The notes under the pieces were generated by a model that saw only the letters and a program-made list of their open reading frames with translations, did no database searches and had not been told where the DNA came from. Below are positions 1-9,045 of a stretch of DNA of 23,539 nt, piece after piece; the stretch's first letter is position 1, and each line of letters opens with the position of its first letter. Position numbers and translations under genes: made by a program. The stretch is from an uncultured delta proteobacterium (GTDB lineage: Bacteria > Desulfobacterota > Syntrophobacteria > BM002): positions 1 through 23,539 of the forward strand of contig CAVQGX010000023.1 of the NCBI GenBank assembly GCA_963712115.1, read 5' to 3'.

Positions 1-46
1 AAAGGATTAATAGGCCAAAGGTAGACTGGCAGAAAGGAGCAGGAAA

Positions 47-838
47 GTGGACATAGTAGTCTTGCTAAAGCAGGTGCCGGACACCGAGACGAAGATCAGG
101 ATCGGCGGTGACGGCAAATCCATAGATACCAGCGACATCAAGTGGATCATGAACCCTTACGACGAATATGCCGTGGAAGCCGCTCTTCGTCTCCAGGACA
201 GTGCTGGGGCGAAGGTCACTATTCTCAGCATGGGGCCGGGGCGAGCGGTGGAGTCCATCCGTACTGCTTTGGCCATGGGAGCAGACCAAGGGGTACTGGT
301 GGATGACCCAGGAACAGAAGGCAGTGATGCCTTGGGCAAGGCGAAGGTTCTGGCAGCAGCACTCAGGAGCCTGGATTTCGACTTGGTTTTCTGTGGCCAC
401 AGGGCGGTGGACGATGATGAAAATCAGGTGGGTATCATGGTTGCCGAGCTTATGGGACTACCACATCTGGGCCTGGCCGTCTCAATAGAGGCTGAGGAGG
501 GCAAGGTAAAAATACAACGGCCCGTTGAGGGGGCCCGGGTGACCTTGGAGGGAACGCTGCCAGCACTGGTGACCTTTGGTGGTGCTCACGCAGTGTGGAA
601 TCCGAGGTATGCTTCTTTGCCGGGAATCATGAAAGCCAAGAAGAAGCCCCTAGAGACAAAGAGCATTGCCGATTTGGGATTATCCCCCGACGATGTGGGG
701 ACTCAGGCAGCCAAGGTGAAGGTGACTGCCATGGAGTTGCCGGCAGAGAGGCAACCGGGTCGTTTGATCGAGGGAGAAACTGCTGAGAAAGCCAAAGAGT
801 TGGTCCGGTTGCTCCACGAGGAGGCCAAAGTAATTTAA
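47..838 (+). CDS. etfB: Electron transfer flavoprotein subunit beta
   Basis: 263 aa; N-terminal IVVLLKQVPDT, MNPYDEYAVEAAL, ALAMGAD, recognition loop PRYASLPGIMKAKKKP; GTG start after AAGGAG. Confidence 0.97.
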   Translation: MDIVVLLKQVPDTETKIRIGGDGKSIDTSDIKWIMNPYDEYAVEAALRLQDSAGAKVTILSMGPGRAVESIRTALAMGADQGVLVDDPGTEGSDALGKAKVLAAALRSLDFDLVFCGHRAVDDDENQVGIMVAELMGLPHLGLAVSIEAEEGKVKIQRPVEGARVTLEGTLPALVTFGGAHAVWNPRYASLPGIMKAKKKPLETKSIADLGLSPDDVGTQAAKVKVTAMELPAERQPGRLIEGETAEKAKELVRLLHEEAKVI

Positions 839-901
839 TCGGAGTTATAGATTGCGGGTTGGAATTCATCAAGTCTTCGTATGCAAAAACGAAAGTGGAG
901 T

Positions 902-1092
902 AAATCCTAAATCCGAAGCACGAAGCACTAAACAAATTCAAATGACCAAAGCACGAAATACAAAACAAGTGAATAGTTCGTGGACAAGGGTGTACGATTG
1001 CCAGATTAATAGCTTGACGACTTCAAGATTTTGAACATTTGATATTTGAATTTCGGATTTATTTCGGATTTCGATATTAGGATTTAGGATTT
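902..1092. repeat. Bipartite heptamer palindrome, copy 1 (MITE/REP-like)
   Basis: Arms 902-966 and 1028-1092; 13-bp perfect terminal IR AAATCCTAAATCC/GGATTTAGGATTT; same architecture as copies at 11167, 12867 and 20570. Confidence 0.9.
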
Positions 1093-1175
1093 CAACGACC
1101 TTAGCAAGAGGTTAGAGACTTATAAAATAGGTGGAGATGTTGTTAGGCGAAGACATAGTATAAGGGAGTGAAAAG

Positions 1176-2168
1176 ATGGCACAGGGAGTGTGTGTAATAC
1201 CGGAGTTTAGGGAAGGCGCATTTCGCCGGGTATCTTTCGAAATTGCCAGTGAGGGAAGAAGGCTTGCCGATGAGCTGGGGGAGCCTCTCTTGGCTCTGGC
1301 CCTGGGTGAGGGCTTTGATAATTTGGCAGGCGATCTAGGTAACTACGGGGTAGAGAAAGTATACGTGGTGGACAACCCTAATTTAAAGGATTACAGGGCT
1401 GAGACCTACGTGCCGGTGGCAGCTGAAATCCTGCGCAACCTCGATCCAAAGGTAATCCTCATCCCCGCCTCAGTGGACGGAAAGGATTTCAGTGCCCGGC
1501 TGGCAGCTAGACTTGAGGCAGGATTGGCCACGGACTGTACCGAGCTAAAGGTGGAGGGAGGTTCTCTCAAGGCCAAGAGGCCCATGTACGCTGGTAAGGC
1601 TTTTGCTTGGTATGAGTGGTCAGATGGATCCTGGCCCCAGATGGCCTCCTGCCGGCCCAATGTAATGGACTGTCTCGCCCCTGAAACTTCGAAGAAGGCT
1701 GTGGTGGAAAAAGCCGAGGTGGAAGTGGCTGAGGGGAATCAGACCCAAGTTGTGAACATTGAAAAGGATGCCGGCGGCAAACTGGACCTCACCGAGGCAG
1801 AGATCATTGTTTCGGGTGGCCGAGGCATGAAGGGACCGGAGAACTTCGCCATGTTGGAGGAACTGGCAAAGCTCTTAACCGCTGCTGTGGGTGCCTCGCG
1901 CTCGGCAGTTGATTCGGGTTGGCGTCCCCATGCAGATCAAGTGGGACAAACCGGCAAGGTGGTCACCCCGAACCTATACATTGCCTGCGGCATATCTGGA
2001 GCAATTCAGCACCTCGCGGGCATGAGTTCGAGCAAATACATTGTGGCAGTAAACAAGGACCCCGAGGCCCCAATCTTCAGCAAGGCAGATTACGGAGTGG
2101 TAGAAGATCTCTTCAAGTTTATGCCGGCCTTTATCGAGGAAGTTAAGACGCTGAAGTCAACGTGTTAA
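1176..2168 (+). CDS. etfA: Electron transfer flavoprotein subunit alpha
   Basis: 330 aa; LTEAEIIVSGGRG, VGASRSAVD, QVGQTGKVV, YIACGISGAIQHLAGM, AVNKDPEAPIF FAD-binding motifs; RBS AAGGGAG. Confidence 0.97.
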   Translation: MAQGVCVIPEFREGAFRRVSFEIASEGRRLADELGEPLLALALGEGFDNLAGDLGNYGVEKVYVVDNPNLKDYRAETYVPVAAEILRNLDPKVILIPASVDGKDFSARLAARLEAGLATDCTELKVEGGSLKAKRPMYAGKAFAWYEWSDGSWPQMASCRPNVMDCLAPETSKKAVVEKAEVEVAEGNQTQVVNIEKDAGGKLDLTEAEIIVSGGRGMKGPENFAMLEELAKLLTAAVGASRSAVDSGWRPHADQVGQTGKVVTPNLYIACGISGAIQHLAGMSSSKYIVAVNKDPEAPIFSKADYGVVEDLFKFMPAFIEEVKTLKSTC

Positions 2169-2170
2169 TC

Positions 2171-2480
2171 GCAAAGCGCATAGCGCCTGGCGCAGAGCGT
2201 TGACGCTTAGCGCTATGCGCGTGCGCAAAGCCGGAGGCCGCTAACAGCAGTCAGCATGCAGCGGGCAGCAGCAGAGCTTACTAGGCACTAGGAACTATGC
2301 ACTAGGCACCGCAGGGCGATGCGGGGAAACGGCGAGACGGAGACGCGGAGTAGAAGCCAGAAAATGAGAGGAACTCGATCCTAATTACTTTTCTCCTGAA
2401 TTCTGGCTTCTGACTCCTGGCTCCATGCTCTATGCTCTATGCCTTCTTAAATCCGCAATCCGCAATCCGCATTCCGAAAT
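2171..2480. repeat. Mosaic of short tandem heptamer repeat families
   Basis: GCAAAGC-GCATAGC-GCCTGGC-GCAGAGC with inverted GCTTAGC-GCTATGC; GCAGNCA-type units; CTAGGCA-type x4 (2281-2308); TTCTGGC/TTCTGAC; CYATGCY x3; AATCCGC x3 (2450-2470). Confidence 0.85.
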
Positions 2481-2492
2481 AGGAGTATTACC

Positions 2493-4547
2493 ATGCCGGG
2501 TCACTTTCCCGCGAATATTCTGTTTTTTCTGATTTTCCTTGCCGCTAACGGGTTTTTCCTATTCACCGTCTACAAGCTCTACCGGATATTGAGGTTAGGC
2601 CAACCGGAGGACCGATTTCACCATATTGGGGAGCGACTCAAAGGTGTGGCAACCTATGTTTTGGGACAGCGACGGGTGATAAACGAGCCAGCCGGCTGGG
2701 GTCACTTTTTTATCTTTTGGGGCTTTGTAATCATTACAGTTGGTAGCATAGAGACTTTTGGAGTTGGTATCTACCACGGTTTTGCTTACTGGAAATTCCT
2801 GGGCAAAGGTCTCACCAGCTTACTTTATTCACTTCAAGACCTGTTTTGCGCTGCCGTTGTGGTTGCCTTGTGTGTTGCACTCTATAGACGCTTTGTGGTT
2901 AAACCCGAACGTCTCAGATACGAGGACCAGAAGGCAGCCAACCAAGATGCCTGTATCATCATTGGTCTCATCCTTCTTTTAATCGTACTGCTTTTTGGGG
3001 CGCGGGCAGCGGAATATCTCCTGGCCCAAGGAGAGGCAAATCGATACTTTCCCAGGTTGGCATTCGTCTCGGTTGCCTTCTCTCGTCTCTTTGCAGGGCT
3101 CACTAAAGAGGGTTTGCAGGCGTGGTACAGTTTCTGCTGGTGGGGTCATACCGTGGTTATCCTGGGATTCCTCATCTATATCCCCTTCTCCAAACATTTA
3201 CATCTGCTTGGGGCGATTCCCAATGTATTTTTCCGTCGACTCAGCTCAGTCGGCGAACTCAGCAAGATGGATCTGGAGGACGAAACAGCAGAAACGTACG
3301 GGGTTTCAAGAATCGAGGAATTCACCTGGAAGCAGCTCTTGGATCTCTATGCCTGCACAGAATGCGGCCGTTGCTCGGATAACTGCCCTGCCACTCTTAC
3401 CGGTAAACCTTTGAGTCCCAAATTGACCATCCACCATCTCAAAGAACATCTGCAAGCAAAGGGCAAAATGCTGCTTACGCAGCAAGGGGCGGTGGAAGCT
3501 GCTACAGCCAACCCTGAAGGTGAATTAGCCAAAGCTCTCATAGGAGACATCTGTCAGCACGATGAACTCTGGTCTTGCACCACCTGCGGCAATTGCATGG
3601 AAAACTGTCCGGTTTTTATTGAGCACATAGACAAATACGTGGATATGCGTCGTTACTTGGTTCTGATGGAGAGCAGTTTCCCTGCTGAGGTGCAAAACGT
3701 CATGCGGAATTGGGAAACCAACTCCAATCCTTGGGGTCTGGGTTTTGCTACCCGCGGAGATTGGGCCAAAGGGTTGCCAGTGAAAACCCTGGCTGAGGAT
3801 TCTCAGGTTGAGTATCTTTTTTATGTTGGATGTGCCGGGAGTTTTGACGAGCGAGCCAAAAAGATCAGTTCCGCAATGGTGACACTCCTGAATGAGGCGG
3901 GTGTCAGTTTTGCTATCCTCGGGGCTGAGGAGAAGTGCTGTGGAGAGACGGCACGAAGAATTGGCAACGAATATCTCTTCCAGATCATGGCAGCGGAGTT
4001 AGTGGAAACAATCAACTCCTACGGGGTAAAGAAAATCATCACCACCTGCCCACACGGATATAATTGTTTAAAGAACGAATATCCCCAGTTTGGCGGCGAG
4101 TGGGAGGTCTACCACCACAGTGAGGTCCTGGTCAAATTGCTGCAAGATGGCCGCTTACAAACAAAACTTCCTATGGACAAGCATTTGGTTTTCCACGACT
4201 CATGCTACCTGGGGCGCTACAACTCCATTTACGACCAACCGCGAACCCTGATCAAGTCAATTTCTGGGCTGCGCTTCTCTGAAATGGATCGAAGTCGTAA
4301 CAAGTCTTTTTGTTGCGGCGCAGGTGGCGGCAGGATGTGGATGGAAGAAACTCTCGGGGATCGGAAGATCAACGATGCCCGCACCGAGCAAGCCCTGGCG
4401 CTGGAGCCGGACATCATAACCGTATCCTGCCCCTTCTGCACCACTATGTTTGAAGATGGGCTAAAAGATCGAAATATGGAAGAAGAGGTCAGGGTTTATG
4501 ACCTAGCCGAACTTCTTGTCCAGACAATCGACTCGGGGAAAAAGTAG
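2493..4547 (+). CDS. Membrane-bound Fe-S oxidoreductase, FadF / ETF:(methyl)menaquinone oxidoreductase (EMO) type
   Basis: 684 aa; N-terminal multi-TM domain with His in WGHFFIFWGF, WWGHT, FSKHLH (probable heme b ligands); two ferredoxin motifs CTECGRCSDNCP and CTTCGNCMENCP; two CCG domains (EKCCGE, FCCGAGGG); directly downstream of etfBA; RBS AGGAG. Confidence 0.92.
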   Translation: MPGHFPANILFFLIFLAANGFFLFTVYKLYRILRLGQPEDRFHHIGERLKGVATYVLGQRRVINEPAGWGHFFIFWGFVIITVGSIETFGVGIYHGFAYWKFLGKGLTSLLYSLQDLFCAAVVVALCVALYRRFVVKPERLRYEDQKAANQDACIIIGLILLLIVLLFGARAAEYLLAQGEANRYFPRLAFVSVAFSRLFAGLTKEGLQAWYSFCWWGHTVVILGFLIYIPFSKHLHLLGAIPNVFFRRLSSVGELSKMDLEDETAETYGVSRIEEFTWKQLLDLYACTECGRCSDNCPATLTGKPLSPKLTIHHLKEHLQAKGKMLLTQQGAVEAATANPEGELAKALIGDICQHDELWSCTTCGNCMENCPVFIEHIDKYVDMRRYLVLMESSFPAEVQNVMRNWETNSNPWGLGFATRGDWAKGLPVKTLAEDSQVEYLFYVGCAGSFDERAKKISSAMVTLLNEAGVSFAILGAEEKCCGETARRIGNEYLFQIMAAELVETINSYGVKKIITTCPHGYNCLKNEYPQFGGEWEVYHHSEVLVKLLQDGRLQTKLPMDKHLVFHDSCYLGRYNSIYDQPRTLIKSISGLRFSEMDRSRNKSFCCGAGGGRMWMEETLGDRKINDARTEQALALEPDIITVSCPFCTTMFEDGLKDRNMEEEVRVYDLAELLVQTIDSGKK

Positions 4548-4670
4548 GGTGCACACCTCCCGTCACAGTGACCTCAAGTAACAGCAGTTTCCCCAAAAAT
4601 AAGTGAATCATTCCTCTAAGCTGTGTTCAAGAGCCAGTTAACCTTGATGTGCAAATGAAAATACCTTTTA

Positions 4671-4838
4671 TGATGTCTCTTCTGTCGTTCCAGGGCTAAC
4701 GGTCTGGTCACTTCTAGCCCTGCTGTGCCCAGGGGAAGGCGCCCCCTCCCTGTTTCCGCCTTCGGCGGACCAGGGGCTCCCGCAACCACAGCCGGGGAAG
4801 TGGCACAGACCTTCCGCAGTCACTCAGAAGAGACATCA
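4671..4838. ncRNA. Candidate structured RNA / long imperfect hairpin element of unknown class
   Basis: 14-bp perfect closing IR TGATGTCTCTTCTG/CAGAAGAGACATCA plus nested pairings 4701-4714 with 4797-4811, 4722-4727 with 4787-4792, 4748-4752 with 4771-4775, apical TCCGCC-TTC-GGCGGA; no family recognised. Confidence 0.4.
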
Positions 4839-5166
4839 GCAAAGGCCAAAAGGGGAGGCTGCGAAACAACGAGCATCTGAGCAACCGGTTTTTACGAATC
4901 TCAGCCTCGAGAGGGCCTGCATGAAGATGTGGTGGTTCCTCAATAGGGATCCTGCCAATAAATGGCGCGAATATGATCGTTGTGGAGTAGCCTTCCCGTG
5001 GCCTATGTCATAAGAATATTTTTGGGGAAACTTCGCCCTCAAGAAACTCTCGACCTTTCCCATAGATATATGGTAATTTGTCGGATAGTTTGAATCCATA
5101 TTATCTCAAAATAATCTCTACCCTTTCTGCCATCTCTAAGGTGAAAAAGTACACGGAGGTAGACTG

Positions 5167-6852
5167 ATGGAAAAGACCTGGCACCGGTTTTATGACGAGG
5201 GTGTTCCGCTTGAGGTTGATCCACCCAAGGATCCTTTGCCCGTGCAGCTGGAGAGAGCTGCTCGGGACTTTCCTCAGACGACCGCCACCGAGTTCGTAGG
5301 GGCGCGACTCACCTACAGGCAATTGGCTGATGATGTCAGCAGGTTTGCCGCCTCCCTAAGCCAATTGGGCGTCAAACCCGGCGACCGGGTCGCCATCATG
5401 TTGCCCAATTGTCCACAAACCATCATCACCTATTATGCTGTTCTAAGTATTGGTGGCGTGGCGGTAATGACCAATCCTATGTACGTGGAAAGAGAGATGA
5501 TCCATCAATTCAACGATGCTGGGGTCAAAGTGCTGGTGGGTCTGGATCATCTGTTTCCACGGATCGACAAGGTTTGGAAAGAGACACAGGTGGAACACCT
5601 GGTTATCACCAGTATCAGGGATTACCTCCCCTTTCCTCTCAATCTGCTTTACCCCCTCAAGGCTAAGAAGCAGAACCTCAATATGCAGGTTCCCTACTCC
5701 GCTTCCATCCACTCGTTCAAAGGACTGGTGAAGAACAGCCCTGGCAACCAACCCCGACCAGAATTGGGTATGTCTGAAGTGGCCCTGCTCCAGTATACCG
5801 GCGGCACCACCGGGGTTGCAAAGGGGGTGATGCTCACTCACAGCAATCTGGCGGTTAACGTGGCCCAGATTACCAGTTGGCTGCCAGATATAAGACGCGG
5901 CCACGAGCGTTTTCTCTGTGTGGTCCCCATATTCCACGTCCTTGGGATGACTGCGGTCATGAACTGGCCTATCTGCCTTGGCTGCACCATGACCCTGGTA
6001 CCGCGTTTCGAAATCAAAGATTTTCTCAAGACCATCACGAAGGCCAGACCGACCGTTGCCATTCTAGTCCCAACCATACTCACCGCTATGGTCAATTACC
6101 CCGAAATCTCTAAATACGATCTCTCCTCCATCAACTACGTGGTCAGCGGCTCTGCTCCCCTACCGGTGGAGATAATGAACCGATTTGAACAACTGACCGG
6201 CAGCGTAATCCTGGAGGGCTACGGCCTCACCGAGTCGTCGCCCGTGACCCACGTGAATCCGGTTAAGAGTAAACGCAAGGCGGGCAGCATCGGTATTGCC
6301 CTACCATCCACAGACTGCCGAATCACGGACCTCGAGACTGGGACAGAAGAGCAGCAGGTTGGGCAAACTGGAGAACTGGTAATCAAGGGGCCTCAGGTGA
6401 TGAAGGGCTACTGGAATATGCCCGATGAAACCGCCCAGACCATCAAAGACGGTTGGCTCTACACCGGAGACATTGCCCACATGGATGAAGACGGCTATGT
6501 CTTTATCGTGGATCGCAAAAAAGACATGATCATTGCCGGTGGCTTCAACATCTACCCGCGGGACATTGATGAGGTCCTCTACGAACATCCCAAGATTTCC
6601 GATGCTGTAACCATTGGTGTTCCAGATGAGTACCGGGGTGAAACTGTCAAGGTTTTCGTGGTGGTGAAACCAGGAGAGACGTTGACTGAAGAAGAGGTGA
6701 TCGCTCATTGCAAAGAAAAGCTTGCCGCTTACAAGGTACCACGGCTGGTGGAGTTTCGTGACGAGCTACCCAAAACCATGGTAGGTAAGGTGCTGCGCAA
6801 AGAGCTGCGGGCAGAGGAGCTTCGCAAGCTAAAAGGGAAGAAAGGGTCATAA
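5167..6852 (+). CDS. fadD: Long-chain-fatty-acid--CoA ligase
   Basis: 561 aa; ANL motifs LQYTGGTTGVAKG, EGYGLTE, GWLYTGD, DRKKDMII, LPKTMVGK; RBS GGAGG. Confidence 0.93.
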   Translation: MEKTWHRFYDEGVPLEVDPPKDPLPVQLERAARDFPQTTATEFVGARLTYRQLADDVSRFAASLSQLGVKPGDRVAIMLPNCPQTIITYYAVLSIGGVAVMTNPMYVEREMIHQFNDAGVKVLVGLDHLFPRIDKVWKETQVEHLVITSIRDYLPFPLNLLYPLKAKKQNLNMQVPYSASIHSFKGLVKNSPGNQPRPELGMSEVALLQYTGGTTGVAKGVMLTHSNLAVNVAQITSWLPDIRRGHERFLCVVPIFHVLGMTAVMNWPICLGCTMTLVPRFEIKDFLKTITKARPTVAILVPTILTAMVNYPEISKYDLSSINYVVSGSAPLPVEIMNRFEQLTGSVILEGYGLTESSPVTHVNPVKSKRKAGSIGIALPSTDCRITDLETGTEEQQVGQTGELVIKGPQVMKGYWNMPDETAQTIKDGWLYTGDIAHMDEDGYVFIVDRKKDMIIAGGFNIYPRDIDEVLYEHPKISDAVTIGVPDEYRGETVKVFVVVKPGETLTEEEVIAHCKEKLAAYKVPRLVEFRDELPKTMVGKVLRKELRAEELRKLKGKKGS

Positions 6853-7037
6853 CTACCCCGGTCGAAGGTTCTGAGGACTACAAGTGTCGACCGCAGGATC
6901 AAGGCGGCAGCAGGCAACGGGCAGCCCGCAGCAATTGGGCGTATAAGGTCTTAGTGGCCAGCTGTTTGCTGAAAGCTGCTTGCTGAGTACAAGGGCCGGT
7001 CAGAAAAGGGATAGAAAACAAGAAGCAACATACTTCT

Positions 7038-7085
7038 GCATAGCGCATAGCGCGAGCGCATAGCACAAACGCTTTGCGCTATGCT
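7038..7085. repeat. GCATAGC heptamer repeats with inverted copies
   Basis: GCATAGCGCATAGCGCGAGCGCATAGC...GCTTTGCGCTATGC; same family as 2171-2220 and 12063-12090. Confidence 0.75.
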
Positions 7086-7100
7086 TTTTTTGGGCTAAAC

Positions 7101-7871
7101 ATGCCAACTGTAGAGGTCGACGGCAGACCCATTCATTTCCTCACCGGAGTCAACGGGATCGCCCCAGGCAGGCGGAACATAATTTTCGTTCACGGAGCCG
7201 GAGGCAACGCATTTGCCTGGCAGAACCAGCGAAGGGGTCTGGACCGGGGAGTAAACACCATCTGTGTGGATCTACCCGGCCATGGCCAAAGCTCGGGTCC
7301 AAGCTGCACGAGCATTGCGGCATACAGCCACTGGCTGATGCGCTTCATTGATAGCCTGGGATTAACCGGTGTGATTGCTGCTGGCCATTCCATGGGAGGT
7401 GCAGTGATTCTTGAGGCAGCCCTTGAGTATCGGGAAATGTTGGAGGCCCTGATACTTGTCGGCAGTGGAGCACGGCTCAGGGTGAGTTCCGAAATATTGC
7501 AAAGTTTAGAGACCAATTTTGAGACCACGGCAGAACAGCTGATCCGTAACTCTTATGGTCCGGGAAGCTCCAAAAAGCTGCTCAACTGGGGGCTGGAACA
7601 CCTGCTAAAGGAGCTTCCGGAAGTGGTTTTGGCTGACTTCCGGGCGTGTGATGACTTCGATCGAATGGATGACATTTCTGAGATTAAAAAGCCTGCCCTG
7701 GTACTCTGCGGCAATGAAGACAGTATGACGCCAGCCAAATACTCCCAATACCTTGCCGAGAAGCTGCAGCGAGCTACCTTAAGGATAGTTGACAAGGCTG
7801 GCCACATGGCAATGGTGGAAAAGCCTTTCGAGGTAAATGCTTCGATACTAAAGTTCCTGGCCACTCTTTAG
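7101..7871 (+). CDS. Alpha/beta fold hydrolase
   Basis: FVHGAGG oxyanion region, GHSMGG nucleophile elbow, GNEDSMTP Asp, AGHM His. Start moved from TTG 7074 (inside a repeat) to ATG 7101. Confidence 0.9.
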   Translation: MPTVEVDGRPIHFLTGVNGIAPGRRNIIFVHGAGGNAFAWQNQRRGLDRGVNTICVDLPGHGQSSGPSCTSIAAYSHWLMRFIDSLGLTGVIAAGHSMGGAVILEAALEYREMLEALILVGSGARLRVSSEILQSLETNFETTAEQLIRNSYGPGSSKKLLNWGLEHLLKELPEVVLADFRACDDFDRMDDISEIKKPALVLCGNEDSMTPAKYSQYLAEKLQRATLRIVDKAGHMAMVEKPFEVNASILKFLATL

Positions 7872-8048
7872 CTTCGCTGTCATTTGGCTAAAGCCGTCAG
7901 TCGGCTTCGCCGTCATTACGCTTCGCTGTCATTTGTTTTAACAAGGGTTCTAGAATGATTGACTATGAATGGGGCAAATGACCACAGATGACGATAAATG
8001 ACGGGCGATTAGCCCAAGTGACGCCGTAGGCAAATGACTACAAATGAC
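7870..8048. repeat. TGAC plus mini-hairpin bipartite array, copy A
   Basis: Left half: 4x (mini-hairpin + GTCA); right half: 7x TGAC with hairpins GGGC-GATTA-GCCC and GCC-GTA-GGC; homologous to 15720-15923. Confidence 0.85.
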
Positions 8049-8123
8049 AAAGTGTTGCCCTTGCGCAGGGCTAGCCGCTTTACCGCCGATTAGGATTTAT
8101 TGAGGAGTGAGGGAAAGCCCCGG

Positions 8124-8837
8124 TTAGTCGCCTTTCTGAGGGGGCTTCATTTTGAAACCAAAGATCAGGACAAGAACAAGAGCTATCATTAAAAATGGTG
8201 CTATGCTCCTCAGCTCTTCAGGACTGGCGGAATTGAGAAAGTACCTCCACCAACGAGGGACTCTGGGGTCTATCTGCCAGGAAGATTTTACATCGGCAGC
8301 GGCAAGTTCGTTACGTCCTATCTTCCAGTAAAGCTTGGCCCTGGTTCTGTAAGCATCCGATTTGGCTCGTAGGTCTCCTCTGAGTTCGATTGCCTTGTTG
8401 GCATCAAGGAAAGCTTTCTCATCTTTGCCGGTCAACCGATAAGCTTCTGCCCGGTAGGCGTAGGATTTAAGATTCTCCGGCTCCATGTGGATTGCACGGC
8501 TGAAATTATTAATTGCCGGTTCATAGTTTTCACTCTTGAGATAGCCCATACCCAGCATCCAGTAGGCCTCAGGTTTTGCTGGCTCAAAGTCAAGATATTT
8601 ATTGTAATCTTGAATCACCCTGTCATATTCTCCTTGAAAATAATAAAGCAGTCCTCTTTTTTCATAAGCGGCCGCCAGGTTTGGGTTCAATTGCAATGCC
8701 TTGGTAAAGTAAGCTATTTTCTTGCGAGTATTAGAACCCTTAACTCCAAGGTCATAGTAGTCCATGGCATTTTCGCCATGAACGGCGGGCACACAAAGCA
8801 AGAGGAGTGCAAGAAGAAATATGGCCGTTTTGTTCAT
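8124..8837 (-). CDS. Tetratricopeptide repeat protein with signal peptide and C-terminal TM helix
   Basis: TPR patterns (AYFTKALQLNPNLAAAYEKRG, AYWMLGMGY, AINNFSRAIHMEP); MNKTAIFLLALLLLCVPAVHG signal peptide supports start 8837; hydrophobic C-terminus. Confidence 0.85.
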   Translation of the reverse strand: MNKTAIFLLALLLLCVPAVHGENAMDYYDLGVKGSNTRKKIAYFTKALQLNPNLAAAYEKRGLLYYFQGEYDRVIQDYNKYLDFEPAKPEAYWMLGMGYLKSENYEPAINNFSRAIHMEPENLKSYAYRAEAYRLTGKDEKAFLDANKAIELRGDLRAKSDAYRTRAKLYWKIGRNELAAADVKSSWQIDPRVPRWWRYFLNSASPEELRSIAPFLMIALVLVLIFGFKMKPPQKGD

Positions 8838-9045
8838 TGGTAGATTAGTAACCTGTGTTTGAGGAACTCCTGGTTTTGTCAAACTCTGCCATGCTCTACT
8901 TCTCAGGCAAGACAACGAGGGTAGGGAATGATTATATCAAGTTGGTTGAGAAGAGTACTATTTTTTTTATAGCAAGAAGTGGTAATGGTAGCAACATCAG
9001 GGTTAATATTACAGAAACATTTCACTTCCTGCCCTTATAAACTCC

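Noticed and set aside
852-1034. 60-aa ORF between etfB and etfA (also ORFs 11239-11493 and 11280-11549)
   Set aside because: They translate the palindromic repeat arms (NPKSEARSTKQIQMTK-type sequence), lack an RBS and are treated as artefacts.
4771-4816. Cobalamin riboswitch-like words (CCCGCAAC, GGGAAG, AGACCT)
   Set aside because: Spacing is too compressed, the upstream GGTG..AATCC-type elements are missing, and the downstream gene is ~350 nt away and unrelated to B12.
4836-5322. Short minus-strand ORFs upstream of or overlapping fadD
   Set aside because: No recognisable motifs or RBS; they overlap the probable promoter region and fadD.
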